From positions 27,375 through 91,374 of the forward strand of contig DXDH01000071.1 in the NCBI GenBank assembly GCA_019115565.1: a DNA stretch of 64,000 nt, given 5' to 3'. This stretch comes from Candidatus Borkfalkia excrementipullorum (GTDB lineage: Bacteria > Bacillota > Clostridia > Christensenellales > Borkfalkiaceae). This document shows positions 35,601-44,680 of this stretch, piece after piece. The notes beneath the pieces were generated by a model that was not told where the DNA came from, made no database searches, and saw nothing but the letters and a program-made list of their open reading frames with translations. Numbering within the stretch: position 1 is the first letter of the stretch; every line of letters starts with the position of its first letter. The translations under genes were made by a program, and so were the position numbers.

Positions 35601-38327
35601 ATGAACCTTTTTACCCCGAACGAACCTCGGCCCGACGATACGGGCGCCGAAAAGAAGCGCAAAGCCAATAAGCCCGTTTCCGCCGAGAAAAAATCTTCGG
35701 ATACGGCCAAAAAATCATTCGTTGCCGCCAAAGTTTCGAATATTTTACGGCGTAAAAGCCCGAATGCGGAAAATGTTTCGGAAACTCAAAAACCGCAAAA
35801 TATCGAGCAATACGTCAAGCAGCAGCTGGAAAAAAACGAACGCAACGAGCAACCGGCAGCCGAATCCGTCGATTTGAAGGAGATCAAAAAGCAATTCAAC
35901 CGGAAGCGGGCGCAGATTCCCGAATACAGCAACGTTCAGCGGTATTCGCCGGACATAAGCGCGGGCTTGACGGACGCGCAGGTCAACGAGCGCTACTCGC
36001 AGTTCTTGTTCAACGATACCAATCAAAAATATTCGAAGTCTTACGCGAGCATCCTCATCGGAAACCTTTGCACCTTTTTTAACCTGCTCTGCGTGCTCGC
36101 CGCCATCGCGCTCGCCTATTCGCAGGCGCCCGTCTCACAGTTCCTGTTTGTCGTAATCTTTGCGCTCAACCTCGGCTTCGGAATCGTGACGGAGATTGTC
36201 GCTAAGCGCAAAATCGATAAACTGTCCCTGCTGACGGTACCGACCTCAAAGGTCGTGCGCAACGGCGCTGTTGCGGAAGTAAAATCGAAGGAAATCGTTT
36301 TAGACGACATCGTCGTCCTTTCCCTCGGAAATCAAATCCCTGCCGACTGCATCGTCCTCGACGGCGTGGTGGAAGTAAACGAGTCCCTCTTGACGGGCGA
36401 ATCCGTCCCCGTCAAAAAGGAACCGGGCGACCTCCTCTATGCGGGAAGTTTCATCTCCAGCGGCACCTGCAAGGCGCGGGCGGATAAGGTCGGCAAGGCA
36501 ACCTACCTGAATTCGCTTTCAGCGAAAGCGAAAAAGTACAAAAAGCCGAACTCCGAACTCATGCGTTCGAGCAAGCTCATCATCTATATCGTCGGAATCC
36601 TCATCATCCCGATTGCCGCGCTGATGTTCTTCGTCAACTGGAACAACTATATCCCGAGCGAGATTTCACGGCTGAACGATACCATTCAGCGCACTGTGTC
36701 CATCGTAATCGGAATGATTCCTTCGGGAATGCTGCTGCTGACGAGCATCGCGCTCACGCTCGGCATTATACGGCTTATGTCCCGAAATACGCTCGTACAG
36801 GATTTGTATTCCCTCGAAATGCTCGCGCGCGTAAACGTCCTGTGCTTAGACAAAACGGGAACAATCACCGACGGGCGCATGAAGGTGAACGACTGTATGC
36901 TTCTGAACAACCCGACCGATTATTCGGTAAACGAAATCGTCGGCTCCTGTCTCAATTCCCTGCAGGACAACAACCAGACCTCCATTGCCCTTTACAATTA
37001 TTTTGGCCACAACACTGTTTTAAAGGCGAGCGCGACGCTCCCCTTCTCCTCCAAGCGCAAGCTCTCCGCCGTGACTTTCGACGAAATCGGCACCATCGCA
37101 ATCGGCGCGCCCGAATTTGTTTTGCAGAGCCTGCCGGATAAAATCAGCCGCATCATCAACCAATACGCTTCTATGGGCTTGCGCGTTCTGATGGTCGCGC
37201 ATTCCAACGGCAAACTCGCGGGCGACAGGCTGCCTTCCGGTTTTAAACCGCTCGCCATCATATCCATAGCGGACAACATCCGCGACGATGCCGCGCAGAC
37301 GATACGCTGGTTCAAGGAAAACGACGTGGCTATCAAAATCATCTCCGGCGACAACCCCGTAACTGTTGCGGAAGTTGCACGGCGCGTCGGGGTAAACAAT
37401 GCCGATAAATACATTTCGCTGGAAGGGCTGAACGACAAAGAAGTCGCTTCCGTCGCGAATAAGTACACCGTTTTCGGCCGCGTTACCCCCGAGCAAAAGG
37501 CAATCCTCGTCAAAACGATTAAATCGGAAGGGAATACGGTCGCCATGACGGGCGACGGCGTAAACGATATTCTCGCAATGAAAGAAGCCGACTGCGCCGT
37601 AAGCGTCGCTTCCGGCAGCGATGCGGCGAAAAATGTCAGCCACATCGTCTTGATGGACAACAACTTTTCCAACATGCCGAATGTCGTTTTCGAAGGGCGG
37701 AGAGTTATCAACAATATCCAAAACTCCTCTTCCCTCTATCTGATGAAGACGCTGTTCACGACCATCTTCGCCGTCATCTCCATCATTTTGCAGCAGGTTT
37801 ATCCCTTTAAAACGAACAACATGATGTTGATGGAAATATTCGTAATCGGCGTCGCGTCCTTTTTCCTATCCTTGCAGCCCAACAAGTCGCGCGTGCAAGG
37901 AAAATACCTGCCATACGTGCTGTCGCGAACGATACCATGCGCCATCGTGTTGGTTTTGGCGGTCGAAAGTACGCACGTCGTAAATTTGATTGTTCCAGAA
38001 TATTTCAACGAACATTTGCAGGAAATGTCCGTCGTAATTATAACCTTTGCAGGGCTTGTAATGCTCTACCGCGTCTGCTTGCCGCTCAACTTGTACCGAA
38101 CTGTTTTGCTCCTGGCAATGAGTGCATGCTGTATTCTCGGCGTGACCGTCATGCCGACGATGTTTTTCGGCGAAGGCTACGCGCCCTTGGATTTTGTGTG
38201 TATTCTCTATGTCATCGTCGTCGTAATGTTGTGCGTTCCTCTTTCGGGAATCTTTATCAAGATATTTGACAGAATGCGTGAAAACAAAAAGAACGATGAT
38301 TTGCGCGGGTTGCCCCTCCGAGGCTGA
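35601..38327 (+). CDS. P-type ATPase (CtpE-like subfamily; TM4 motif IPSG)
   Basis: ESLLTGES, CLDKTGTIT phosphorylation site, ISGDN, TGDGVND; about 10 TM helices. Confidence 0.93.
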   Translation: MNLFTPNEPRPDDTGAEKKRKANKPVSAEKKSSDTAKKSFVAAKVSNILRRKSPNAENVSETQKPQNIEQYVKQQLEKNERNEQPAAESVDLKEIKKQFNRKRAQIPEYSNVQRYSPDISAGLTDAQVNERYSQFLFNDTNQKYSKSYASILIGNLCTFFNLLCVLAAIALAYSQAPVSQFLFVVIFALNLGFGIVTEIVAKRKIDKLSLLTVPTSKVVRNGAVAEVKSKEIVLDDIVVLSLGNQIPADCIVLDGVVEVNESLLTGESVPVKKEPGDLLYAGSFISSGTCKARADKVGKATYLNSLSAKAKKYKKPNSELMRSSKLIIYIVGILIIPIAALMFFVNWNNYIPSEISRLNDTIQRTVSIVIGMIPSGMLLLTSIALTLGIIRLMSRNTLVQDLYSLEMLARVNVLCLDKTGTITDGRMKVNDCMLLNNPTDYSVNEIVGSCLNSLQDNNQTSIALYNYFGHNTVLKASATLPFSSKRKLSAVTFDEIGTIAIGAPEFVLQSLPDKISRIINQYASMGLRVLMVAHSNGKLAGDRLPSGFKPLAIISIADNIRDDAAQTIRWFKENDVAIKIISGDNPVTVAEVARRVGVNNADKYISLEGLNDKEVASVANKYTVFGRVTPEQKAILVKTIKSEGNTVAMTGDGVNDILAMKEADCAVSVASGSDAAKNVSHIVLMDNNFSNMPNVVFEGRRVINNIQNSSSLYLMKTLFTTIFAVISIILQQVYPFKTNNMMLMEIFVIGVASFFLSLQPNKSRVQGKYLPYVLSRTIPCAIVLVLAVESTHVVNLIVPEYFNEHLQEMSVVIITFAGLVMLYRVCLPLNLYRTVLLLAMSACCILGVTVMPTMFFGEGYAPLDFVCILYVIVVVMLCVPLSGIFIKIFDRMRENKKNDDLRGLPLRG

Positions 38328-38346
38328 TCCGCCCCCTATTGAATTG

Positions 38347-38384
38347 AAACGGCAGCGAATAGCTATGCTTCGCTGCCGTTTTTT
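38347..38384. terminator. Terminator between convergent P-type ATPase and aldehyde dehydrogenase genes
   Basis: AAACGGCAGCGAA-N9-TTCGCTGCCGTTT followed by a T-tract. Confidence 0.82.
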
Positions 38385-39777
38385 ATTTGATAATCTTGCG
38401 CGCCTTTTTCAGTTTTTTCTCCGTAAACGGAGGATATGCCAGGGGGATACGAATAAGGGTTGAACGCTTTAGAACGCTCCTCTGATGGGAAAACGTCAAA
38501 AAGCCAGCTTCGCCGTGGTAACTGCCGATCCCCGAATGTCCTACCCCTCCGAACGGCAAATTCGGATTGATAATCTGACTGATCGTATCGTTTATCGCTA
38601 CTCCGCCCGAACTTGTGCCTTGCAGTATTTTTTTGATGGCTTCTTTATTCTCGCTGAAAATATACAGTGCCAGCGGCTTTTCATGCCCGTTGATATATGC
38701 CATGACATCGGACAGTTGCTCATAGACAAAGACAGGCAAAATCGGGCCGAAAATCTCCTCCCGCATGCTCGCAGTATCGCGATTTCCGGGGCAAAGCACT
38801 GTCGGTTCAATGTATCGGTTTGCAACGTCGCAGCTACCCCCGTAAACGACGGAATCACGCTCCGCCTCCAACAGGGAGACCAACCGTTCCATATGCCTGC
38901 TGTTTACAATTCTGCCATAATCGGCATTCGTCTTCGGATCATCGCCATAGAAGCAGCGAATTTTTTCCTGCAAAGTCTGCAGAAAGAGTTCGGAGATCTT
39001 CCGATGCACGAAAACATAGTCGGGCGCGACGCACGTTTGCCCCGCATTCATGAATTTCCCCCAGGCAATGCGCTCACACGCAATATCTGTTTGGGCTGTA
39101 TCGTCTACAATGACCGGACTTTTTCCCCCGAGTTCGAGTGTGACGGGAATTAAATTATCCGCCGCCGCGCGCATGACGATTTTCCCGACATTCACGCTGC
39201 CCGTAAAAAAGATTGTATCGAATCGGCCGCGCAGCAATATTTGATTGTTTTCGACTCCGCCCTCCGCGCAATAGACATATTCTTCGCCGAATGTCTCCGC
39301 AATCATTCGCCGAACAGTCGCCGACACATGCGGAGTCTGCTCCGAAGGGCTTAAAACAGCACAATTTCCCGCCGCGACGGCGGCGATGAGCGGCTCAAAC
39401 AGCAATTGAAACGGATAATTGTACGGGCCCATAATCAAGGCGCTTCCGTATGGCTGCTTTTGAATCCAGCTCCTTGCCGGAAAAACTGGTAAAGGAGAGC
39501 GGACTTTGACAGGCTTCATCCACTTTTTCAAGTTTCGGAGCGTATGCGTAATGTCGGAAAGTACGAACCCGATTTCCGTGAGGTAGCTTTCCTGTTTACT
39601 TTTTCCTAAATCCGTCTGCAGTGCTTCGTACAGTTCTTCTTCACAACGTTGAATTGCACTTTTCAGCTTACATAACTGCTCTGCCCTATATCGATATGGC
39701 AAAGTTATCCCCGTCGCAAAATACTTTTTTTGCTTTTTTAACAACTGATTTACGGCATCGGCCGTCAAATTGCCCAT
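38383..39777 (-). CDS. Aldehyde dehydrogenase (ALDH3/YwdH/AldH-like)
   Basis: PYNYPFQL, FFTGS, LELGGKSP, NAGQTCVAPDY catalytic Cys, EEIFGP, PFGGVG.SG. Confidence 0.93.
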   Translation of the reverse strand: MGNLTADAVNQLLKKQKKYFATGITLPYRYRAEQLCKLKSAIQRCEEELYEALQTDLGKSKQESYLTEIGFVLSDITHTLRNLKKWMKPVKVRSPLPVFPARSWIQKQPYGSALIMGPYNYPFQLLFEPLIAAVAAGNCAVLSPSEQTPHVSATVRRMIAETFGEEYVYCAEGGVENNQILLRGRFDTIFFTGSVNVGKIVMRAAADNLIPVTLELGGKSPVIVDDTAQTDIACERIAWGKFMNAGQTCVAPDYVFVHRKISELFLQTLQEKIRCFYGDDPKTNADYGRIVNSRHMERLVSLLEAERDSVVYGGSCDVANRYIEPTVLCPGNRDTASMREEIFGPILPVFVYEQLSDVMAYINGHEKPLALYIFSENKEAIKKILQGTSSGGVAINDTISQIINPNLPFGGVGHSGIGSYHGEAGFLTFSHQRSVLKRSTLIRIPLAYPPFTEKKLKKARKIIK

Positions 39778-39812
39778 TTATTGACCTCCTGCCTATAGTA
39801 TGTTCCGATTTC

Positions 39813-39843
39813 AAAAAAAGCCGGCCATGCAAAGCCGGCTTTT
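39813..39843 (-). terminator. Terminator after the FNR-[2Fe-2S] reductase gene
   Basis: AAAAGCCGGC-N8-GCCGGCTTTT with a 7-nt U-tract on the minus strand. Confidence 0.75.
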
Positions 39844-39846
39844 ATT

Positions 39847-40992
39847 TTATGCCTTAGGAACTATCAGCTCCATGTCGGAGTCCGGATAGGAACAACAGGG
39901 ATGGATATAGCCGAACTTTGAATCGGCAAGCCTGCGTTTATCCTCTCCCGCTATGCTGAAATCCCCAGCAACGAGTTTGCTGTGGCAGAAGCCGCAGCCT
40001 CCCGCCCGACATTTGGAAGGTACCTTCAACCCCGCCCTTTCCATTGCCGTCAAAATTGTTTCGCGCGAATCCGCGGGAACGGTAAACGTATCAAACCCGA
40101 TATGCACGACCAGTTTAAAAATTTTTCCCTCGGCATCGCGCGTCCCTACACAATTTGCCTCTTTTTTAATACGGCGGAGCGGTAAATTGAGCGAATTCAG
40201 CTCCTTTTGCGCAAACTCATACATGGCCTGCGGCCCGCACATCAAGACGGTAAAATCCCCGGATACATACTTCCGCAACAATTCTGCTCCGATAAAACCA
40301 TGTTCATAACCCGCCTTTTCTTCGTCGCTGAGTACATAAATTGTCTTTATTTTTTCCGAGGAGAGCGCATCGAATTCCCTTTTGAAAATCAAATCGTGCT
40401 CCGTCTTCGCGCCGTAAAAAATTGTCAATTTGTAATCGTCCGTACCGTCCGCAATTGCCTGCGCCATGCTGTAAAACGGAGTGATGCCGCTTCCTCCCGC
40501 AAGCGCGACTACATGCTTTGCGTCCTTCACCGGCTCATAGCAAAAATCGCCGGAAGGGTCACCCAAAATAAAGGTATCTCCGATGGCTGCGTTATCAAAT
40601 AAATACCCGCTGAAAAAACCGCACTTTTTGACTGTAAGCGCGACTTTTCTGCCAAGCGCTGCCTTCGGCGAGGAAGAAATCGCATACGGTCTGGAAACTT
40701 CGCTGTTGCCAACCTTGCAGCCAAGCGTAACGTATTGTCCAGCGCGAAAGTACAGCGGCCGCTCCGTTTCCAAGGTATAAGTTTTCGTATCGGCAGAATT
40801 CTGCTCTATACCGATCAGCTTTGCACTTTGATAACCGGGATGCAATATTTTCGCCGTCTCGTTGACGCGATAGCTTTTCGGCAAAGCTGCGGAAGACCCG
40901 TTTTCCAATTTTTTGCGGCGGTTGGGAACCAGCTTTTTGAAGCGGAGCAAATCCATAAAACCGAATATCTGTTTCTTGAATGTAAACGGCAT
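39847..40992 (-). CDS. FNR-type FAD/NAD(P)H oxidoreductase with a C-terminal [2Fe-2S] ferredoxin domain
   Basis: RPYAISS (FAD), AGGSGITP (NAD), CGPQAM, CRAGGCGFC...PCC plant-type ferredoxin motif. Confidence 0.92.
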   Translation of the reverse strand: MPFTFKKQIFGFMDLLRFKKLVPNRRKKLENGSSAALPKSYRVNETAKILHPGYQSAKLIGIEQNSADTKTYTLETERPLYFRAGQYVTLGCKVGNSEVSRPYAISSSPKAALGRKVALTVKKCGFFSGYLFDNAAIGDTFILGDPSGDFCYEPVKDAKHVVALAGGSGITPFYSMAQAIADGTDDYKLTIFYGAKTEHDLIFKREFDALSSEKIKTIYVLSDEEKAGYEHGFIGAELLRKYVSGDFTVLMCGPQAMYEFAQKELNSLNLPLRRIKKEANCVGTRDAEGKIFKLVVHIGFDTFTVPADSRETILTAMERAGLKVPSKCRAGGCGFCHSKLVAGDFSIAGEDKRRLADSKFGYIHPCCSYPDSDMELIVPKA

Positions 40993-40995
40993 AAT

Positions 40996-42522
40996 TTAAC
41001 CCTCCCTTTTAATGTCTCCGACCGTCTGTCTGCCGGAAATATCGCCCGAAAAATAGGCGCTGGAATACCCGGAAAGACGCATTGCATATCCTCCCGCAAA
41101 CCGCAGACCGCGCACTTTGTGATCTTCTGCCATCATCTGCAGACGAGGCATTAACCCGTCCCAATATTGCGACTCATATCCGTAGATAACCCCTTCGGGA
41201 TGACCGCAATAACGAGCATACGTCATCGGAGCCGCCACGGATATTTCCTCGATGTGACCGCGCAACTTAGCCCCCGTATCCTGCTCAAATCGGTCAATCA
41301 TTTTATTGGCGACATAGTCTTTTGTCTTATAATAGTCTTCTGCTTTTACGTTGCCCCAGTCGTCGGACATATAGAGCGTCGTGAAATACATCATGCACGT
41401 ACCCTTCGGCGAACATTCCGGATATGCGCGGTTCAGGCATACCGTCGCCTGTACTTCATTGTCCTGAATGGTGCGCATCTTGTTATACTGCGCGACGGAA
41501 TCCATCGTGTCGTACAAAAAGTAATTGTGGTTTTCAATACCCAATTCGTCCGCATCCGCATCGAGCCCGAGAAACATCGTAAATCCGCGCCCCGCAAACT
41601 TGCGCGCATTGGTGGCCCGGATTTCGCTTTCCGGAACCTTATCCATCATTCTACCGAACACGAGGTGCGGCGCACAATTTGCCACTACGTGCCGCGAGGC
41701 AATCTGCGTCCCGTCGTCCAAAACGACTCCGTTCACGCCCCCGTCCCTTTCGTCCGTCAAAATTTTGACTGCTTCCGTATTAAAGAGGATATCGCCGCCC
41801 AACTCACGAATCCGTTCTACGAGCGCGAGAGAAATTTCATGCGAGCGCATCTTCGGCATACTGGCTCCGCGCATGATATAGCGGTTCACCATGCTCGCAT
41901 AATGAACAAAGCTCAAATCGTCGCAATGCGCCCCGAGGTAACACCAATATGCATTGATAATATCCCGCGCCTTTTTCGGCATCTTCAGCGCCGCGAGAAC
42001 TTCGTTGACGGAATAAGAACCTGCCCGCACAAAATTACCGTATTTGCTCACCATTACCTTGGAATCAGTATTGCCGTTCACCGCGGAACTGTAGGCCTGC
42101 GCCATCCGCACTTCTTCCGCCAATTCAAAAAATTTTGAAACGGACGGGCGGCTCCCGGGAACATATCGTTCCATCGCATCGATAAAAGACTTCACCCCAA
42201 ACGGCATAGTCGCATCTATTTTTTCCGCGCGCGCTATAACCCGATAGGCTTCCGGTATCTCAATCCAATCAATTTTTTCGGTCACGCCCAACTCGTCGAA
42301 CAGAACCCGAACGTCCCCCGCATTATCCGCCGTACCAAAATCGTTCAATTCGTGCAGCGACGCCTCGAACTCAAATCTTCCGCGGCGGAAACTTGTAGCA
42401 AATCCACCCGGAAGGTTGTGCTTTTCTACGAGCAACGTCTTAGCCCCGCCCTGCAAAAGCCTGATAGCGGCAACCAAGCCGCCGTTCCCGGCACCGATTA
42501 CTACGGCATCGTACTTTTTCAT
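40996..42522 (-). CDS. Phytoene desaturase/CrtISO/retinol-saturase-like FAD oxidoreductase (COG1233 family)
   Basis: YDAVVIGAGNGGL..A, EKHNLPGG..TSFRRG.FEFE, C-terminal P.TY.RY..HP.G.IYG and GL.FAGG. Confidence 0.85.
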   Translation of the reverse strand: MKKYDAVVIGAGNGGLVAAIRLLQGGAKTLLVEKHNLPGGFATSFRRGRFEFEASLHELNDFGTADNAGDVRVLFDELGVTEKIDWIEIPEAYRVIARAEKIDATMPFGVKSFIDAMERYVPGSRPSVSKFFELAEEVRMAQAYSSAVNGNTDSKVMVSKYGNFVRAGSYSVNEVLAALKMPKKARDIINAYWCYLGAHCDDLSFVHYASMVNRYIMRGASMPKMRSHEISLALVERIRELGGDILFNTEAVKILTDERDGGVNGVVLDDGTQIASRHVVANCAPHLVFGRMMDKVPESEIRATNARKFAGRGFTMFLGLDADADELGIENHNYFLYDTMDSVAQYNKMRTIQDNEVQATVCLNRAYPECSPKGTCMMYFTTLYMSDDWGNVKAEDYYKTKDYVANKMIDRFEQDTGAKLRGHIEEISVAAPMTYARYCGHPEGVIYGYESQYWDGLMPRLQMMAEDHKVRGLRFAGGYAMRLSGYSSAYFSGDISGRQTVGDIKREG

Positions 42523-42536
42523 AACAACCTCCTTTA

Positions 42537-43100
42537 TTATTCTGTGCTTTTCCTATCAAGAATAGAAATTAAGCCTCGGCAAACGTCACTGAGCATGCCG
42601 CGTATTTCCTGCTCCGTAAAATTAGCGGTTTCCGCGGCCAACATGGCGGCGATACCGTGAGAAAAAAGCCACATATCTTTGTAAATAATCTGCGCTTTCG
42701 GCCCTGAGATATGCTCCGCCTCCTCAATCACACTCAAAACATATTCCATCTCAACAGCAGCGCCAACCAAATCTGTCTTTCCGAAGTCGCTCATAAATAA
42801 CATCCGAAACAATTCACGCTCTTCTATCGCAAAGCGAATATAATTCAACCCGACAGACATATATCGCGACTCGCAGTCATTTTCCCGCCGAAGTGCGCGT
42901 CCGAAAATCGCCATCGCTTCGGCAAATATCGCTCTTTTGAGAGCATCCATGTTTTCAAATTGCCAAAATATTGGTTGCGTCGAACAATTCAGTGCTTCCG
43001 CAAGAGATTTCGCCGTAAGCGCTGCAACACCCCTCTCTCTGACGAGCCTCAGAGCCTGTTCCAAAATATTCTGTTTAGTAATTTTAATTTTCGGCGGCAT
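42537..43100 (-). CDS. TetR/AcrR-family transcriptional regulator
   Basis: MPPKIKITKQNILEQAL..VRERG..ALTAKSLAEALNCSTQPIFWQF HTH; WLFSHG C-terminal motif. Confidence 0.92.
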   Translation of the reverse strand: MPPKIKITKQNILEQALRLVRERGVAALTAKSLAEALNCSTQPIFWQFENMDALKRAIFAEAMAIFGRALRRENDCESRYMSVGLNYIRFAIEERELFRMLFMSDFGKTDLVGAAVEMEYVLSVIEEAEHISGPKAQIIYKDMWLFSHGIAAMLAAETANFTEQEIRGMLSDVCRGLISILDRKSTE

Positions 43101-43118
43101 GGTCGCATCAAACCTGTT

Positions 43119-43167
43119 AATATATATTACTTGTTATATATTATATACTATATATCTTTTTTGTCAA
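43119..43167 (-). promoter_or_regulatory. sigma-A promoter and putative TetR operator
   Basis: Minus strand TTGACA-16 bp-TATAAT; inverted repeat AATATATA-N8-TATATATT (43119-43142) over the -10 and start region. Confidence 0.6.
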
Positions 43168-43319
43168 TAGCTAATTTAAAATTTTTTCGAAGGTCAACGT
43201 TTAATGACACTTATTTGAAAAAACTCGTCCTAAATTTTTAAAATACATTGGCTAAACCTCTGTTTTTCTCTTGTAATGCTTTATCCTTTCGCTCTGCGTT
43301 ATATTTTCTTTCAAACAGC

Positions 43320-43360
43320 AAAAAAGCCATGAAAAACGAACTGTTTTTCATGGCTCTTTT
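43320..43360 (-). terminator. Terminator downstream of tRNA-Leu
   Basis: AGCCATGAAAAAC-N5-GTTTTTCATGGCT stem flanked by A/T tracts. Confidence 0.75.
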
Positions 43361-43387
43361 GTTTTGCAACCTTTTCGTCTGCAATCC

Positions 43388-43474
43388 TGGTGCGAGTGAC
43401 AGGACTTGAACCTGCACGGAATCGCTTCCACTAGAACCTGAATCTAGCGCGTCTGCCAATTTCACCACACTCGC
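43388..43474 (-). tRNA. tRNA-Leu(CAG)
   Basis: GCGAGTG acceptor stem, D-loop TGGTGAAATTGGCAGAC, anticodon arm CTAGA-TTCAGGT-TCTAG, long variable arm, GGTTCAAGTCC, encoded CCA. Confidence 0.97.
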
Positions 43475-43489
43475 ATCCGTTCTACCGCA

Positions 43490-44200
43490 TTACAGAAGAA
43501 CTTGCGGCTGAATAATCTCCTTGCGGAGTTTCCCCTTTTCGCAATAAATGCGATAGGCGTTGCCGCCGCAACTCAATGATTGAACGATTTCACCGTTCAA
43601 TATCTCAATTGCACTATTGTCTTCCAATCCGATAGCGTCTTTATTATTATACGAAATTATTTTGTCAAAGTCAAGCGCACGAAGCCCATAATGCGGAGAA
43701 ATTATTCCTTTTATCCAATTTAATCCGGGATAAAGCGCGTATTCGCCCTCGCCGCGCGCCTGCGCCGAATCGGAATACATTGTTTCGAACCAGCAAATTG
43801 CCCCGGCAGACAAGCCGCATAAAATTACGCCGCGATTATACGCATCGCGTATCAGCTTGAGCATGCCGCTCTTTTTCCAATGCTCGAGCATAAATACGGT
43901 GTCGCCCCCGCCGACATAGATAAAATCGGCTTTTTGGAATTTGTCCGCAATTTTTTCCATATTCATCTCGCCGTATACGGTGAGGGCAACGTCCGCCTTG
44001 ATATCGTATTCCGAAGTATACGTCTTTCGAAAACTGTTGAAGTACGGCATGCTGTCGTGACTTGCAGTAGGAATAAACAGTCCGTAAGCACGCCTGTCGC
44101 CCGCATGCTCTTTTGCCAACGCGGCTATATAGCCGTCAATTTTGAGAGTTTCCTTCGTTTTCAGCTCGCCGCCGCCAATGCAAATGATTCTTTTGTCCAT
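43490..44200 (-). CDS. Peptidase E (S51) family protein
   Basis: IGGGE, FIPTAS, IYVGGGDT, GLSAGA nucleophile, PHY. Confidence 0.88.
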   Translation of the reverse strand: MDKRIICIGGGELKTKETLKIDGYIAALAKEHAGDRRAYGLFIPTASHDSMPYFNSFRKTYTSEYDIKADVALTVYGEMNMEKIADKFQKADFIYVGGGDTVFMLEHWKKSGMLKLIRDAYNRGVILCGLSAGAICWFETMYSDSAQARGEGEYALYPGLNWIKGIISPHYGLRALDFDKIISYNNKDAIGLEDNSAIEILNGEIVQSLSCGGNAYRIYCEKGKLRKEIIQPQVLL

Positions 44201-44209
44201 AAATATCGC

Positions 44210-44680
44210 TTATCGTGCGCGTTTTGCGCTCAGGTCTTTATCCCTCTCCAATACAAGGTCAATCGATGCGATGGCCCTGTTTGTCTTTTTCAGCGCATCA
44301 TCCAACCCACTCAAATCCTCTTTGCCCTTCGCTTTAAACTTATAGGGCGATATACATTCGTGCGCTTCCGTCAGCAAGGTGGAAATGGAATCGAGATTGC
44401 CGTCCCGTTCCTTCTGCGCCATCAACGTAACCGTATATGCGAGCTTGTTCGCCCTGTTGGCACATTTTGCCGTCATGCGGAAAAAATCGTAAGCGTTTGT
44501 CTCCGCCTCTCCGTCCTTCTCCATCAAAGAATTTATGTCGCCGGATAAAGAGACCAGTCTCTTTTTCAATTCGCTGTGCGACGGAAGTTTCGTCACCCGC
44601 TTGATAAAGCCCAAAACGAGGAGCCCCACGACGATAATAGCGGCATACATTACATACTGCAGCAACAATTCGATGGTCAT
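44210..44680 (-). CDS. Hypothetical membrane-anchored protein
   Basis: N-terminal TM followed by a helical domain; start overlaps the mscS stop (ATGA). Confidence 0.7.
   Translation of the reverse strand: MTIELLLQYVMYAAIIVVGLLVLGFIKRVTKLPSHSELKKRLVSLSGDINSLMEKDGEAETNAYDFFRMTAKCANRANKLAYTVTLMAQKERDGNLDSISTLLTEAHECISPYKFKAKGKEDLSGLDDALKKTNRAIASIDLVLERDKDLSAKRAR

Noticed and set aside
38328-43400. Integrative element at tRNA-Leu
   Set aside because: No integrase or transposase, and no duplicate of the tRNA 3' end (TGGTGCGAGTGAC) seen at the far boundary; called only an islet
43238-43468. 76-aa minus-strand ORF
   Set aside because: Overlaps tRNA-Leu and its terminator; spurious
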